NCBI GenBank assembly: GCA_963737655.1
Contig: CAVTTN010000002.1
Coordinates: 7,168,001 to 7,232,000 of the forward strand
Source: an uncultured Planctomycetota bacterium
Lineage (GTDB): Bacteria; Planctomycetota; Planctomycetia; Isosphaerales; Isosphaeraceae
DNA: 64,000 bases
Direction of reading: 5' to 3'
In this document: piece by piece, positions 19,996 through 32,400 of the stretch
How the letters are laid out: each line of letters starts with the position of its first letter
Position numbering within the stretch: the first letter of the stretch is position 1
Notes under the pieces: generated by a model
What the model was told of the DNA's origin: nothing
What the model saw: the letters and a program-made list of their open reading frames with translations, nothing else
Databases searched by the model: none
Program-made: the position numbers and the translations under genes

Positions 19996-22900
19996 ATCTT
20001 GAGAAACGCCAGGAGGTCGGCCAGTTCCTTCTCGGTGAATTGCCGGTCGAGCCCGGCGGGCATCACGGAGACCGTCCCCGGCTTCATCGCGTCGATCTCC
20101 GCGCGAGGGATCCGCACCTCCTGATTGGGCCCCGTGGCCAGGACGACCTCCTCGGCCGAGTCCTTGCGGATCGTCCCGCTCACGAGGCGGCCGTCCGTGG
20201 TGGCGACCACGACCGGCTCGTAACTGCGGACGAAGCTCGCGCTCGGATAAAGGATCGATTCGAGGAGGTCGCGCTCGGTGCGGGCCTTGCCGATGTTCGT
20301 CAGGTCCGGCCCGACAGTCCCGCCGACGTAGCCGATCGCGTGGCACGCGGTGCAGGCCGCTTTGGGGCTGTTGAAGATCGCCTGGCCCCGACGGACGTCC
20401 CCGCCCTTGAGCCTCGCGACGAGGTCATCGAGCCTCGCCGCCCGGCCGATCGCCTCGGAATCGATCGCGGCGTACAGGGGGCCGGCGGCGTTCTCGACCT
20501 CCGGGCCGAACTTCGCCAGGATCGGCCGGATCGTGTCGAGCCTCAGCGCCGGGGCCGATCCCGAGGCGCTCAGGCTGGCCACGAGCGCCCGGCCGACCTC
20601 GGCGTCGGTCGTCTTCGCGAACGCCGGCAGGAGCCTCGGCAATTCGACGGGGCCGACGCCTCGGATCGCCCTCGCCAGCGCTTCGAGCTGGCCGCGATCG
20701 AGCGAGGCGTTCGTCAGGACCTCGACGGCCCGAGACCTCGCCGCCACCGCGTTCGTCGGCTCGATCCGGGCGATCAGGAACGCGAAGGTCTCGGGCGAGA
20801 GCGCGTCGATCGGCCCGGCGGCGAGGGCATCGAGCCGGACTTCCGCCGGGGCCCCGGGGTCGTCGCCGAGCCTTTTCAACGGGGCGATCAGAGACGGGCT
20901 CACCTTGCCCGACGATGCGAGCGCCCGGGCCGTCGCCGCCCCCTGGCGGACGAGGTCGGCGTCGCCCGACGTGATCGCCGACGCCACCCCTTCGGCCAAA
21001 GGCGCGGGCACGTCCTTCATCGCCGAGCCCGCCAGGCTTCGAAGGACCAGGAGGCGGGAGTCTCTCGGGGTCGCGGCGTCCTTCAACACATCCGCCATCA
21101 CCGATCGGATCGCCTCCGACCGCGAGAACCGGGCGAGGAGCGATTCGAGGTCGTCGGGCGCGGGGACGGCGAACGGCCCGGCGCCGAGCCACTCGCGGAA
21201 CGTCCCGGCCAGGGCGTCTCCGTACTCGGGATGCCGCTCGATCAGCCAGGCGGCCCCCTCCCGGAGGCCCCGGTCGGTCGCTCCGAGGTGGCGGACGACC
21301 GCCGGGGCCGGCATCGGCCGTCCCATGCCTTCGAGGGCGAACATGGCGACGAGCGGGTCGGCCTTCGGGCGCACCGCGAGCATTCGCACGGTCTCGTTCG
21401 GGTCGTTGATCTCGATCAGGGCGAACGTGACCGCATGGCGGAGGATGCGATCGTTCGGTTCGATGGGGGCGTCGAGCAGGGTCAGGATCGACGACGACCG
21501 GCCGATCCTTCCGAGCGCCTCGGCCGCCGCCCTCCGCACCAGAGGCGGGGTCCAACGACTGCGAAGGAGGGCGCCCAAAGGCTCCTCGGCCGAGGCGTCC
21601 CTCCACAGGGACACCGAATGGGCCGACGCCAGCCGAACGGTCTCGTCGTCGTCCTGCAAGCCCAGGCGGGCCAGGGCGCGGGCCTCGGGGGCGTCGATCC
21701 GGCAGGCCGCCCAGATCGCGAGCCGCCTCGACTCGCCCGATTTCGAGAAGCTGAAGAGCCTCAGCAACGCGGGGACCGCCGCCGCGCCCGATCTCCCCAG
21801 CGCGGACACCGCCCGGTCGCGGACCGCCGGCCTCGGGTCCGCGAGCAGGTTGGCGAGCGTCGAGGAGGTCGCCTTCGCCCAGTCGATCGCGAGGCCCCGG
21901 GGGTCCTCGACCCGCGGCATCCCGGTCCGTCGGACCCGGTAAATCCCGCCCAGGACGTCCGGCTTGACGATCTGCGACGTCGGGCAGCAGAGCTTGTACC
22001 AGCCCCCGGTGTCGATCACCAGGACGCTGCCGTCGGCGTCCTCGATCACGTCCGTCGGGTGGAAATCGGTGTCGTCGGAGGCGAGGAAATCCGAGTCCTC
22101 GGTCCGGAACGTGGCGCCGTCGGGGATCAGGACGTGCCTGGAGACCTTGCGCAGGTTGAACTGACAGGCGAGCAGTTGATTGCGGAAGCCCAGGGCGTCG
22201 GAATCGAGGCGGACGAGCCCGCTCGGGGCGGCCGGGCCGAGGTGGGTCATCACGGGCATCACGTCCGGGCCGGTCCGGGGATGGCCGTCGATCACGTCGT
22301 GAATCTTGCCGTAAACGCCTCCATGGATCGCGTGGATCAGGCCGTCGCGGCGGCCTCCGCCGGGGTGCTGGAGGAAGGTGGTCGTGAAGATCGGCTCGCC
22401 CCCCGGCGTGAACACCACGTCCACCGGGTTATCCATGCCTCCGGTCATCACCGGCTCGATCTCGGAGCCGTCGGGGCGGGCCCGGAAGATGTGGGCGGCC
22501 CGGGTCACGAGCGGGGGCTTGCCCGGCCGTTCGTAGGTCTGCGGGGCGAACGCCCCCTTGCACCAGTAGATCCGGCCGTCGGGGCCGGGGTAGGGGCCGT
22601 GGAGGTCATTGGCGCAGCCGGTCAGGGTCTTGCCTCGGAACCACTCCTCGCGGAGGTCCGCCCGGCCGTCGCCGTCGAGGTCCGTGAGCTTCCAGATCGA
22701 CGGCGGCGCGGCGACATAGAGCGATCCCTCGCGCCACATCGCCCCCTCGGGGAACATCATCCGGTCGGCGAAGACCGTCGATCGGTCGAGCCGGCCGTCG
22801 CCGTCGGGATCCTCGAGGCGGACGATCCGATGCGGCTTCTTCAGGAGCTGCTCCTGGACCTTCTCGTTCGACCCGCTGGAATCGGCGACGTAGAGCCTCC

Positions 22901-23075
22901 CGAGTTCGTCGAACGAGGCGACGATCGGCCGGTCTACCCCCGGGGCCGCGGCGACCTTCTCGACCGTGAAGCCGTCCGGCACGACGAACGCCCGGCCATC
23001 GACGCGGACCTCGCCGGCCGCCCCCATCGAGGCACCCAGGAGCGCCACTGCCAGGAATCCCAGGGTTCGCCGCAT
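19992..23075 (-). CDS. PVC-type haem-binding CxxCH protein (dehydrogenase-like propeller, HEAT repeats, cytochrome c)
   Basis: Signal peptide; VPDGFTVEKVA, FDELGRLYVAD, DPDGDGRLD, FHPTDVIEDADGSVLVIDTGGWYKLCCP; HEAT repeats; CTACH...VGPDLT...SVMPAGL. Confidence 0.9.
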   Translation of the reverse strand: MRRTLGFLAVALLGASMGAAGEVRVDGRAFVVPDGFTVEKVAAAPGVDRPIVASFDELGRLYVADSSGSNEKVQEQLLKKPHRIVRLEDPDGDGRLDRSTVFADRMMFPEGAMWREGSLYVAAPPSIWKLTDLDGDGRADLREEWFRGKTLTGCANDLHGPYPGPDGRIYWCKGAFAPQTYERPGKPPLVTRAAHIFRARPDGSEIEPVMTGGMDNPVDVVFTPGGEPIFTTTFLQHPGGGRRDGLIHAIHGGVYGKIHDVIDGHPRTGPDVMPVMTHLGPAAPSGLVRLDSDALGFRNQLLACQFNLRKVSRHVLIPDGATFRTEDSDFLASDDTDFHPTDVIEDADGSVLVIDTGGWYKLCCPTSQIVKPDVLGGIYRVRRTGMPRVEDPRGLAIDWAKATSSTLANLLADPRPAVRDRAVSALGRSGAAAVPALLRLFSFSKSGESRRLAIWAACRIDAPEARALARLGLQDDDETVRLASAHSVSLWRDASAEEPLGALLRSRWTPPLVRRAAAEALGRIGRSSSILTLLDAPIEPNDRILRHAVTFALIEINDPNETVRMLAVRPKADPLVAMFALEGMGRPMPAPAVVRHLGATDRGLREGAAWLIERHPEYGDALAGTFREWLGAGPFAVPAPDDLESLLARFSRSEAIRSVMADVLKDAATPRDSRLLVLRSLAGSAMKDVPAPLAEGVASAITSGDADLVRQGAATARALASSGKVSPSLIAPLKRLGDDPGAPAEVRLDALAAGPIDALSPETFAFLIARIEPTNAVAARSRAVEVLTNASLDRGQLEALARAIRGVGPVELPRLLPAFAKTTDAEVGRALVASLSASGSAPALRLDTIRPILAKFGPEVENAAGPLYAAIDSEAIGRAARLDDLVARLKGGDVRRGQAIFNSPKAACTACHAIGYVGGTVGPDLTNIGKARTERDLLESILYPSASFVRSYEPVVVATTDGRLVSGTIRKDSAEEVVLATGPNQEVRIPRAEIDAMKPGTVSVMPAGLDRQFTEKELADLLAFLKM

Positions 23076-23463
23076 GCCTCGCCTCCCCGAAGACCACCCA
23101 CGCCGGCCGAGAGGTCTCATCTTAGCCCCCGCGCCCCGCCGGCCGCAAACACCCTCCCGGTCCGTCCGCGTGCATGCATGATATTAAAGTGCGGATAAAT
23201 CCTTGCGCGGGCGAGTGTTGATTTTTTTCATCATGACGCGAGGCCGCGTTTCGGGCCGCCGGACCGAACTCCAGGCGTCATCGGGAGTAGGGAGGCAGCA
23301 TCGGGCCATCCATCAAGGCGGGCAACATATGGCAGGCGGATCACGCCCGCGATTTTCGATCAAACGTCTTGCATTCCGATCTTAGCGGAACAAAGCTTGG
23401 ATCTTGCCGGCTGCGAGGGCTGTAAGGGTCGCTGCGAGAGACTCCGCTGAGGGAGGTCAGGCC

Positions 23464-26400
23464 ATGACGCGCATCGTGGGCGTTCGTCGTCCGAGGGTGG
23501 GGATATCGTCTCCCAAGCGGAAGCCGGCGAGGCCGGGGATCGTCGAGCTGGAACGGCGGATCATGCTCGACGGCGCCTTGCCCGACCTGCTCGTCTCGGC
23601 GGCCTCGGCGCCGGCCTCGGCGGTCGTCGGCAACGGGACCACGATCCCGATCTCGTTCACCGTGACCAATGACGGCACGGCCGACGTGCCCGCCCAGACC
23701 TACTGGCAGGACGCCGTCTATCTCTCCCCGACCGCGACCTACAACCCGAACACGGCCGTCTCCGTCGCCTCGCAGTACAACCCGTACACGAAGCCCCTGC
23801 CGGTCGGCTCGTCGTACACGACCTCTGCGAACGCGACGGTCCCCAACTTCCCCGTGGGGCAGGCGTACCTGATCTTCGAGGCGGATGCCTTCAACGGCCT
23901 GGTCGAGTCGGACGAGACGAACAATGCCAAGGCCGTGCCGATCGCGCTGAACTCGCCCGGAAACGTCGATTTGAAGGTCACGAGCGTCTCGTCGAGCGCC
24001 TCGACGGCGATCGCCGGAGACGGCCAGACGGTGGACGTGACCTACACGGTCAAGAACGTGGGGACGGTGGCGGCGGCCGCCTCGTGGTACGACGAGATCG
24101 ACCTGGCGAACGCCGCCGACGGCACCGGGTCGCCGGTCCTCCTGACCACCTCATCCCCGCCCGACGGCACGCCCCCCCTGGCGGCGGGGGCGTCGTACAC
24201 CCTCACGCAAACCGTGACGATCCCCAACACGGATGCCGGCTCGAAATTCCTTTCCGTGACGACCGATCGTTACAACTCGCAGTTCGAGACCGATGCGACG
24301 AACGACCAGGCCTCGATCCCGATCACGATCACCCGGCCGAACGTGGACCTCGCGGTGACGAGCCCCTCGGCGCCGACCTCGGCGATCGACGGCGCGTCGA
24401 TCCCCGTCTCGTTCTCGGTGAAGAACAACGGGACCGACCCGGCGGCCGGGTCGTGGAACGACCAGGTTTATCTTTCGAGCGACTCGACGCTCTCCAACGA
24501 CGACTCGCTGTTGACCTCGCTCTCGGCCAACACGGCGGGAGTGCCCCTGGCCCCGGGGCAATCGTATCTCCAGAACACTTCGGTCTCGATTTACAACGCC
24601 AAGGTCGGCGACTTCTTCCTCCTCTTCGTGACCAACCCGGCCCAGGGGACGAACCGGCCGAGCCAGGCCGAGACCGACGAGCCGGGGCTGGCCAACGACG
24701 TGCAGGCGTTGCCCATCCACCTGGACGCGCCCGACCTGGCGGTCTCCGGCCTCCAGGCGCCGAGCTCGGCGATCCTCGGCGCGACGATCCCGGTCTCGTT
24801 CACGGTCACGAACGTGGGGGACGTCGCCACCGCGACCACCTGGCAAGACGCGATCTACCTCTCCGACACGCCGACCTTCAACTCCTCGACGGCCACCTAC
24901 GTGGCGTCGTTCTCCTCGGACAACTCGGGGTCCGGCGGAGGAGGCGTCGAATCGACCGGCTCGCCCCTGGCCCCGGGCGACAGCTACACCCGGAACGAGA
25001 CCGTCACCCTGCCCGATTCGCCCACGGGCAATCGCTACTTGCTGGTGGTCACCGACGGCGCCGGCCAGTACTCGTACTTCGGACAGCCCGAGCTCAACGC
25101 CGCGAACGACGTCCAGGCGCTGCCGATCTCCCTGGCCGCGCCCGACTTGACGCTGACCGGGGCGACGGCCCCGGCCTCGGCCGTCCTGGGCGACACGGTC
25201 CCGGTCTCGTTCACCGTGAGCAACGCGGGGAGCGTCGAGGCGCCGGCCTACTGGACGGACGCGGTGTATCTCTCTCCCACCTCCACCTACGATCCCAGCA
25301 CCGCGATCTTCGTCAACTCGTTCTCCCAGAACGACAATTCGCCGCTGGCTCCCGGGGCGAGCTACACGAGGAACGAGAACGTCCGCCTCCCCGGAGGGAT
25401 CTCCGGCGACGCCTACATCCTCTTCATCGCCGACGCCTACCACGCCCAGGGGGACGTCAACCGCGCCAACAACGTCGAGTCGCTGCCGATCCACCTGGAC
25501 GCGCCGGACCTCACGGCGACGGCCCTCTCGGCCCCGGCCTCGGCGTCGCTCGGGCAGTCGATCAGCGTGACCTATTCGGTCAAGAACGTGGGGACCGTCC
25601 CCGCGCCGGGGTCGTGGAACGATGCATTCTACATCTCCGACACCGCCACGCTCGACACCTCCAAGGCCACGTTCGTGGGCTATTCCAGCGTGAGCGGGCA
25701 ATCGCCCCTCGCGGCCGGGGCGAGCTACTCGTGGACCCAGTCAATCGCCATCCCGAACACCGCCACGGGCGACCGCTACCTGATCGTCGTGACCGACTTC
25801 AACGACGGCCAGCCCGAGACCGACACGACCAACGACACCTTCGCCGCCCCGATCCACCTGGACGCCCCCGACCTCTCCGTGACCACGGCCTCCTCGCAAT
25901 CGACGAGCCTGGTCGTCGACGGCACCGACTCCGTGAGCTGGACCGTCAAGGACCTGGCGGCCACGCCCGCGGCCGGGCAGTGGTACGACCAGCTCTACCT
26001 CTCGACCAAGTCCACGTTCGACTCCTCGGCCGTGTCGATCGGCCAGTTCTCGGCCAGCGACGTCTCGCCCCTGGCCGGGGGGGCGTCCTACTCGCGGACC
26101 GAGACGGTCACGATCCCCTCCACGGCCCCCCAGGGGAGCGTCTATCTCCTGGTCGTGACCAATCCGTACAACGGCCAGCCCGAGAGCGACGGCGGAGGTT
26201 CCAAGGGGACCAACAACACCTTCGCCATCCCCGTGACCGTCTCCGCGCCCGACCTGACCGTCACCGATGCCTCGGTCACTCCCGCCGAGTTCGAGGAGGG
26301 CAACGGCCAGTCCGTCACCGTCAACTACACCGTGAAGAACCAGGGGACCGTCGCCGCGCTGCATAGCTGGTATGACGACATCTACGTTTCTAGCAGCCCG

Positions 26401-29400
26401 ACTTACGATTCGACGGCCAAGTACCTGGGCTACGCCTACTTCAACAACACGTCGTCGCTGGCGGCGGGGTCGTCGTATTCGGAGAGCGTCCCGGTCACGA
26501 TCCCGGCGACGGCGGCCGGGGCGCAATACATCCTGATCGTCGCGAATCAGAGCTTCTCCCAGGGCGAGAGCGACCAGACGAACAACATGAAGGCGGTGCC
26601 GGTCACCGTCGATGCTCCGGCGGTGGACCTCACGATCACCGCCGCGACCGGACCGAGCGAGGCGGTCGTCAATCAGGCCCTATCGCTCAGCCTCACGGTC
26701 AAGAACGCGGGCACCGCGCCCGCCAATGGGTCGTGGACCGACGGCGTGTACCTCTCGAAGACCTCGACCCTGGACAACACCGCCTTGTACCTGGCCGCGG
26801 GGTACCCGGCCTCGCCCCTGGCGGCCGGCGCGAGCTACACCGAGACCCTCACCGGCACCCTCTACAACGAGACCTCGGGCGATTACTACCTGATCTTCCG
26901 GACCGACGACAACGGCCACCAGGGAGAGACCGACGCCACCAACGACCTGAAGGCCCTGCCGATCCACATCGACGTGCCGGACCTGGTCGTCTCCAACCTC
27001 CAGGCCCCGGCCGCCCTGGAGCTGAACAAGACGTACACGATCAGCTACACGGTGACGAACCCGAGCGCCTTCGACACCCAGGTCCCCTGGGCCGACCAGA
27101 TCTACCTGGGCGATCATCCCACGCTCACCGGGAATTATTCGTCCGTGGCGTACATCGATCAGGGACCCTACGGAGGCTCGAACAACTCGCCGCTGAAGGC
27201 CGGGCAGAGCTACACCGAGACGTATTCCTTGACGGTCCCCAACGGCCAGACCGGCAACCTGTATCTGATCGTGATGGCCGATTCGTACCAGGAGCAGGGC
27301 GTGGTGGACCCCACCCACCTGGTCGCCTCGGTCCCGGTCCACGTCGCCCCCTCGGAGGCCGACCTGACCGTGACCGACGCCTCGGCCCCGGCCTCGGCCG
27401 TCCTGGGAGTGCCGTTCTCGGCCTCGTTCACGGTCGAGAACGCCGGGGATAATGACGCCTCGGCGAAGTGGTATGACGCGGTCTACGTCTCGAACAACAC
27501 CAAGCTCGACTCGACGGCCACCCTCGTGGCGCAGATCGACGAATCGGGCCAGTCCCCGCTTTCGGCCGGATCGTCCTACACCGCCTCGCCGACCCTGACG
27601 ATCCCCCAGACGGCCATCGGCGATCGGTATCTCCTGTTCGTGACCAACTCCAACGGGGCCCAGGAGGAGCTCGATAGCACGAACAACACGAAGGCCGTGC
27701 CGATCTCGCTCAACGCGCCCGACCCGGCCGTGACCGCCGTGACCGCGCCGAGCTTCGCCCTGCCCGGCGACACGATCCACGTGACCTGGACCGTCACCAA
27801 CAAGGGCGACGTCCCCACCACGGCCAACTGGACCGACACGGTCGCGCTGAGCACCGACGGGTCGCTCGGAGGGATCGTCGCGTACCTGACCGGCGTGAAC
27901 GTGGCGTCGCCGACCCTGCCCCTCGCCCCCGGCCAGTCCTACACCCTCGCCCGCGACCTGACCCTCCCGACCGGGATCGCCCCCAGGTCGTATCAGGTCC
28001 TGATCGAGACCGATTCGGGCGGCTACTACACCGCTCAGCCCGAGTCGGACACGACCAACGACGTCGGCACCGCGCCGATCGCCATCGGCGCCTCCGACCT
28101 GACCGTCGATACGTTCGTCGCCCCGACCTCGGCGAACTATGGGGATACGCTGACGCTGACCTGGACCGATCGCAACGACGGCGTCCCCCCGATCAACACG
28201 GCCTGGAGCGACGGGATCTACCTCTCGTCCAATTCCTCGTTCGACACCACGGCCACCCTGCTGCAGACCGTCTCGGCCTCCGACGCCGTCCCCCTGGCGG
28301 CCGGGGACAGCTCGGCCCGGTCGGCGATGGTCACGATCCCGATCACCGCGACCTCGGCCTCCGGCAACTATTACCTGTTCGTGGTGGTCGATTCCCTCAA
28401 TCAGATCGCCGAGACGAACGAGGCGAACAACACCGCGAGCGCGCCGATCGCCCTGACCGTCCCCGCTCTGCCCGACCTGATCGTGACGAACCTGTCCACC
28501 CCCGCCACCGGGTACGCCGGGGTCGCCGCCACGATCACCTGGACCGACGCGAACGTGGGCCAGGCGGAGGCGGATGGGACGTGGGTCGATCGCGTGTTCG
28601 CCTCGCTCTCCGGCTCGGGCTCGAATCCGATCGCCCTGGGGAACTTCCCGCTCTCCGGGCCCCTGGCGGCGGGATCGGCCGTGAATCGATCGATCCCGGT
28701 GACGCTCCCCTCGACGCCCGGGACGTATTACCTGTTCGTGAACACCGACGCCACCAACGTGGTGGCCGAAGCGGCCGGCGAGGCCAACAACGTGACCGGC
28801 TCGCCCGTCCCGGCGGTCCTCACGATCGCGCCATTGCCCGACCTCGTCGTGACCTCGGTGGTCCCCCCGGCCGACGGAGTGACCGGGGGCATCCCGATCC
28901 CGATCCGCTTCACCGTGAAGAACCAGGGGGCCGCCCCCACGCAGTCGCCGGCCTGGGACGACTTCGTGATCCTCTCGCAGGACTCCACGCTCACCTTCGA
29001 CGGCAGTTATGACCAGCTCCTCAACAATCAGCCCGTCCTCGCCGAGTTCCCCAACCCGTCGTATCTGAACCCCGGGCAGTCCTATACGCAGACGGTCAAC
29101 GTGACCCTGCCGAAGTCGGCGTCCGGGCCGTGGTACGCCTACGTGGTGGCCAACGGGCTGGGCTCGCACTATGCACCCGGGCTGGCCGAGAGCGACCGGA
29201 CGAACAACCTGCTCAAGAGCGCGTCGTTCAACGTCTTGCTCTCGCCCCCGGCCGACCTCCAGACCTCGAACGTGGCGGCGCCGGCCCAGGCGTTCTCCGG
29301 CCAGCCCCTCTCGGTGGGCTGGACGGTGACCAACGTGGGCGCCGGCACGACCGATGTCTCGGGGTGGACCGACGAGGTCTATCTCTCGCCCACCTCGACG

Positions 29401-32400
29401 TTCGACGCCTCCTCGGCCATCGACCTCGGCGGGTTCGACCACTCCGGGGCGCTGCGCCGGGGGCCTCGTATCGGGGCTCGGCCACGGTCACCCCGGCGAT
29501 CACCTTGAGCGGGTCGTATTACGTCTTCGTGCAAAGCAACCTCGGCGGCTCGGTGTTCGAGAACGGGGCCACGGCCAACGACCTGGCCGCCGAGACGACC
29601 CCGACGGCGATCGCGCCGACCCCTCCGCCCGACCTCCAGGTCGATTCGGTGACGGCCCCGGCCTCGGCCCTGGCGTCTCATGCGTTGACGATTACTTACA
29701 AGGTCGAGAACGCCGGGTCGACGGCCACGAACGTCGCGAGCTGGACCGACAGCGTGTACCTCGCCCCGCCCGGCACCTTCGACGCGAGCAAGGCCGTCCT
29801 CCTGGGGACCGTCGCCCACAACGGGATGCTCGCGGTGGGCGCGTCGTACACCTCCGCGGCCACGTTCACGCTGCCCGACGGCCTCTCCGGCACGTATGAC
29901 CCCGTGGTCGTCACGGATTCGGCGCAGGACGTGTACCAGCTCGACCGCTCGAACGACACGAAGGCCGGCTCGGCCATCGCCGTGACCTCCAGCCCGGCCG
30001 ACCTGGTCGTGACCTCCGCGACGTCGGCCGCGACCGGGGCGGCCGGGGCGCGGTGCCGATCTCCTGGACGGTCAAGAACGTCGGCACGGGCGATTCGGCC
30101 GTCTCCTCGTGGGTCGATAAGGTCTATTTCACCGGTTCCTCCACGTTCGAGAACGTCACCTTCGTGGGGTCGTTCCTCCACACCGGCTTGCTCGGGGCGG
30201 GGCAGTCGTACACCGGCTCGGGCGTGGTCACGCTGCCCGTGGTGCCGACCGCCACCTACTACCTGTTCGTGATCGCCGATGGCCAGGTCGTCCCGATCGA
30301 GGACGGGACCTCGCTGGCCGCGACCGGCCCGAACGGGACGGTCCACGAGTCGAACGAGGCCAACAACACGTCGGCCGCCGTCCCGATTGCCGTCTCGAGC
30401 AACCTGCCCGACCTGACCATCTCCTCGGTCTCGGCGCCGGCCTCGGCCTCGGGGGGCTCCTCGGTCAGCGTGTCGTGGACCGAGGCGAATACGGGGACCG
30501 GCCCGACCCTCGTGAATGCCTGGTACGACGACATCTGGGCGACCACGGCGAACGACGTGGGGCAGGGGGGCACGGACGTCTATCTCGGCAGCCTCTACCA
30601 CCCGAACGTCCTCGGCGCCGGGCAATCCTACACCGCCTCGGCCTCGGTGGTCCTGCCCGCGACGTTCGCCGCCGGGGACTACAAGATCGTCGTCCGGGCC
30701 GACCGGCCCTCGGCCCCGCCGAACTTCTCGGACCTCGTCAACCGGGTGGTCGAGGCGAGCGAGACGAACAACGACAAGGCGTCGGCGATCGTTCACGTGA
30801 CGGCGGCCCCCGCGCCCGACCTCCACCTGACGACCCTGAACGCCCCGGCCACCGGATTCGGCGGCCAGGACATCACCGTCTCGTGGACCGTCCGCAACGA
30901 CGATCAGGCCACGAAGGCCACCGATTCCTGGCACGACGCGGTCTATCTCTCCCTGGACCAGACGCTCGACCGCAACGTCGATGTCCCCCTCGGATCGGTC
31001 GACGAGGGGGGAGTGCTGGCCTCCGGCGCCTCGTACACCGGCACCCTCACCGCGAGGCTGCCGGCCGGCCTCGCCGGCAATTATTACGTGATCGTGGTGG
31101 CCAACAGCGGCGACAGCCTGTTCGAGGCGGGCCGGACGGCGAACAACCAGGCCATCTCGACCCAGGCGACGAGCGTGGCGGCGGCCCCGCCGGTGGACCT
31201 CGTCGCCGGGACGATCACCGTCCCCGCCAACGCCGTCCCCGGCGCCTCGGCCACGATCACCTACACCGTGACCAACGCGGACAACCAGGCGATTTCCGGC
31301 TCCTGGTACGATTCGCTCTACCTCTCGTCGGGGACGACCCTCTCCGCCACCGACCCGAGGATCGGCCGCGTCCTCCACACCGGAGGGATCGCCGCCAACG
31401 GCTCGTATACCGAGACGCTCACCGCCCCGTTGCCCGCCGAGGCGCCCGGCGACTACCACGTGATCCTCCGGGCCGACGTCCTGAACCTCGTCCCCGAGAC
31501 GAACGAGGCGAACAACCTCTCGGCGTCGATCGACACCTCCTCCGTGGACGTCCCCCCGCTGACCCTGGGGACCCCGGCGACCGGCACGCTCGCCGTCGGG
31601 CAATCGGATTATTACAAGTTCACGGCCAATGCCGGCGACACGATCGAGATCGACCTCTCGGGGACGCCGACGACCGGCGCGACCGAGCTCGACGCCAGCT
31701 TCGGCTCCCTACCCAGTCGCGCCTCGGCCGATTTCCGCTCGGCGAGCCCGTTCGTGACCGGCCAGTCGATCCTGATCCCGTCGGCCCAGGCCGGAACGTA
31801 CTATGTTCAGGCGTACGGGGCGGTCGGGACCGTCAATTTCACCCTGACGGCGAGGGTGATCCCGTTCTCGATCACCTCCGCCTCGCCCTCGGCGATCGGG
31901 AACGCGGGGCCCTCGACGCTGGAAGTCGTCGGGGCGAAGTTCGACCGGGCGACGAACTTCCAGCTCGTCTCGACGACCGGCCAGGTCATCGGGGCCACGG
32001 CGATCCGGCTCGACGACACCAGCCACGCCTACCCCACGTTCGACCTGACCGGCCAGCCCGCCGGCTCCTACGCGCTCAAGGCGATCCACGCCGACGGCTC
32101 CTCGACGACCCTCCCGGCCGCGCTCACGGTCTCCAACGGCGGGGGCCCGGACATCGCCACGAACCTGAACGTCCCGGAGTTCGTCCTCCGGGGCGGCCAG
32201 GGGACGTTCGAGGTCACCTTCGGCAACGACGGGACGACCGACGCCATCGCCCCCCTCCTGACGATCACCTCGTCCACCGGGACGTCGATGGGCTTCTCCC
32301 CCTCGACGATCTCCCCGGCCGTCTATCTCCGCGTCTTCGGGGTCGCCACCGACGGCCCGGCGGGCATCCTCCGCCCCGGGACGCAGTATACGGTCCCGGT

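Noticed and set aside
23280..23460. c-di-GMP riboswitch upstream of the giant gene
   Set aside because: Only scattered CAAAC/CAAAG words are present; the GNRA tetraloop/receptor and P1/P2 stems could not be built.
29440..30060. Programmed ribosomal frameshifting in the giant gene
   Set aside because: No X XXY YYZ slippery heptamer is evident. Each break falls mid-repeat and is fixed by one G, like the other indels in the window.
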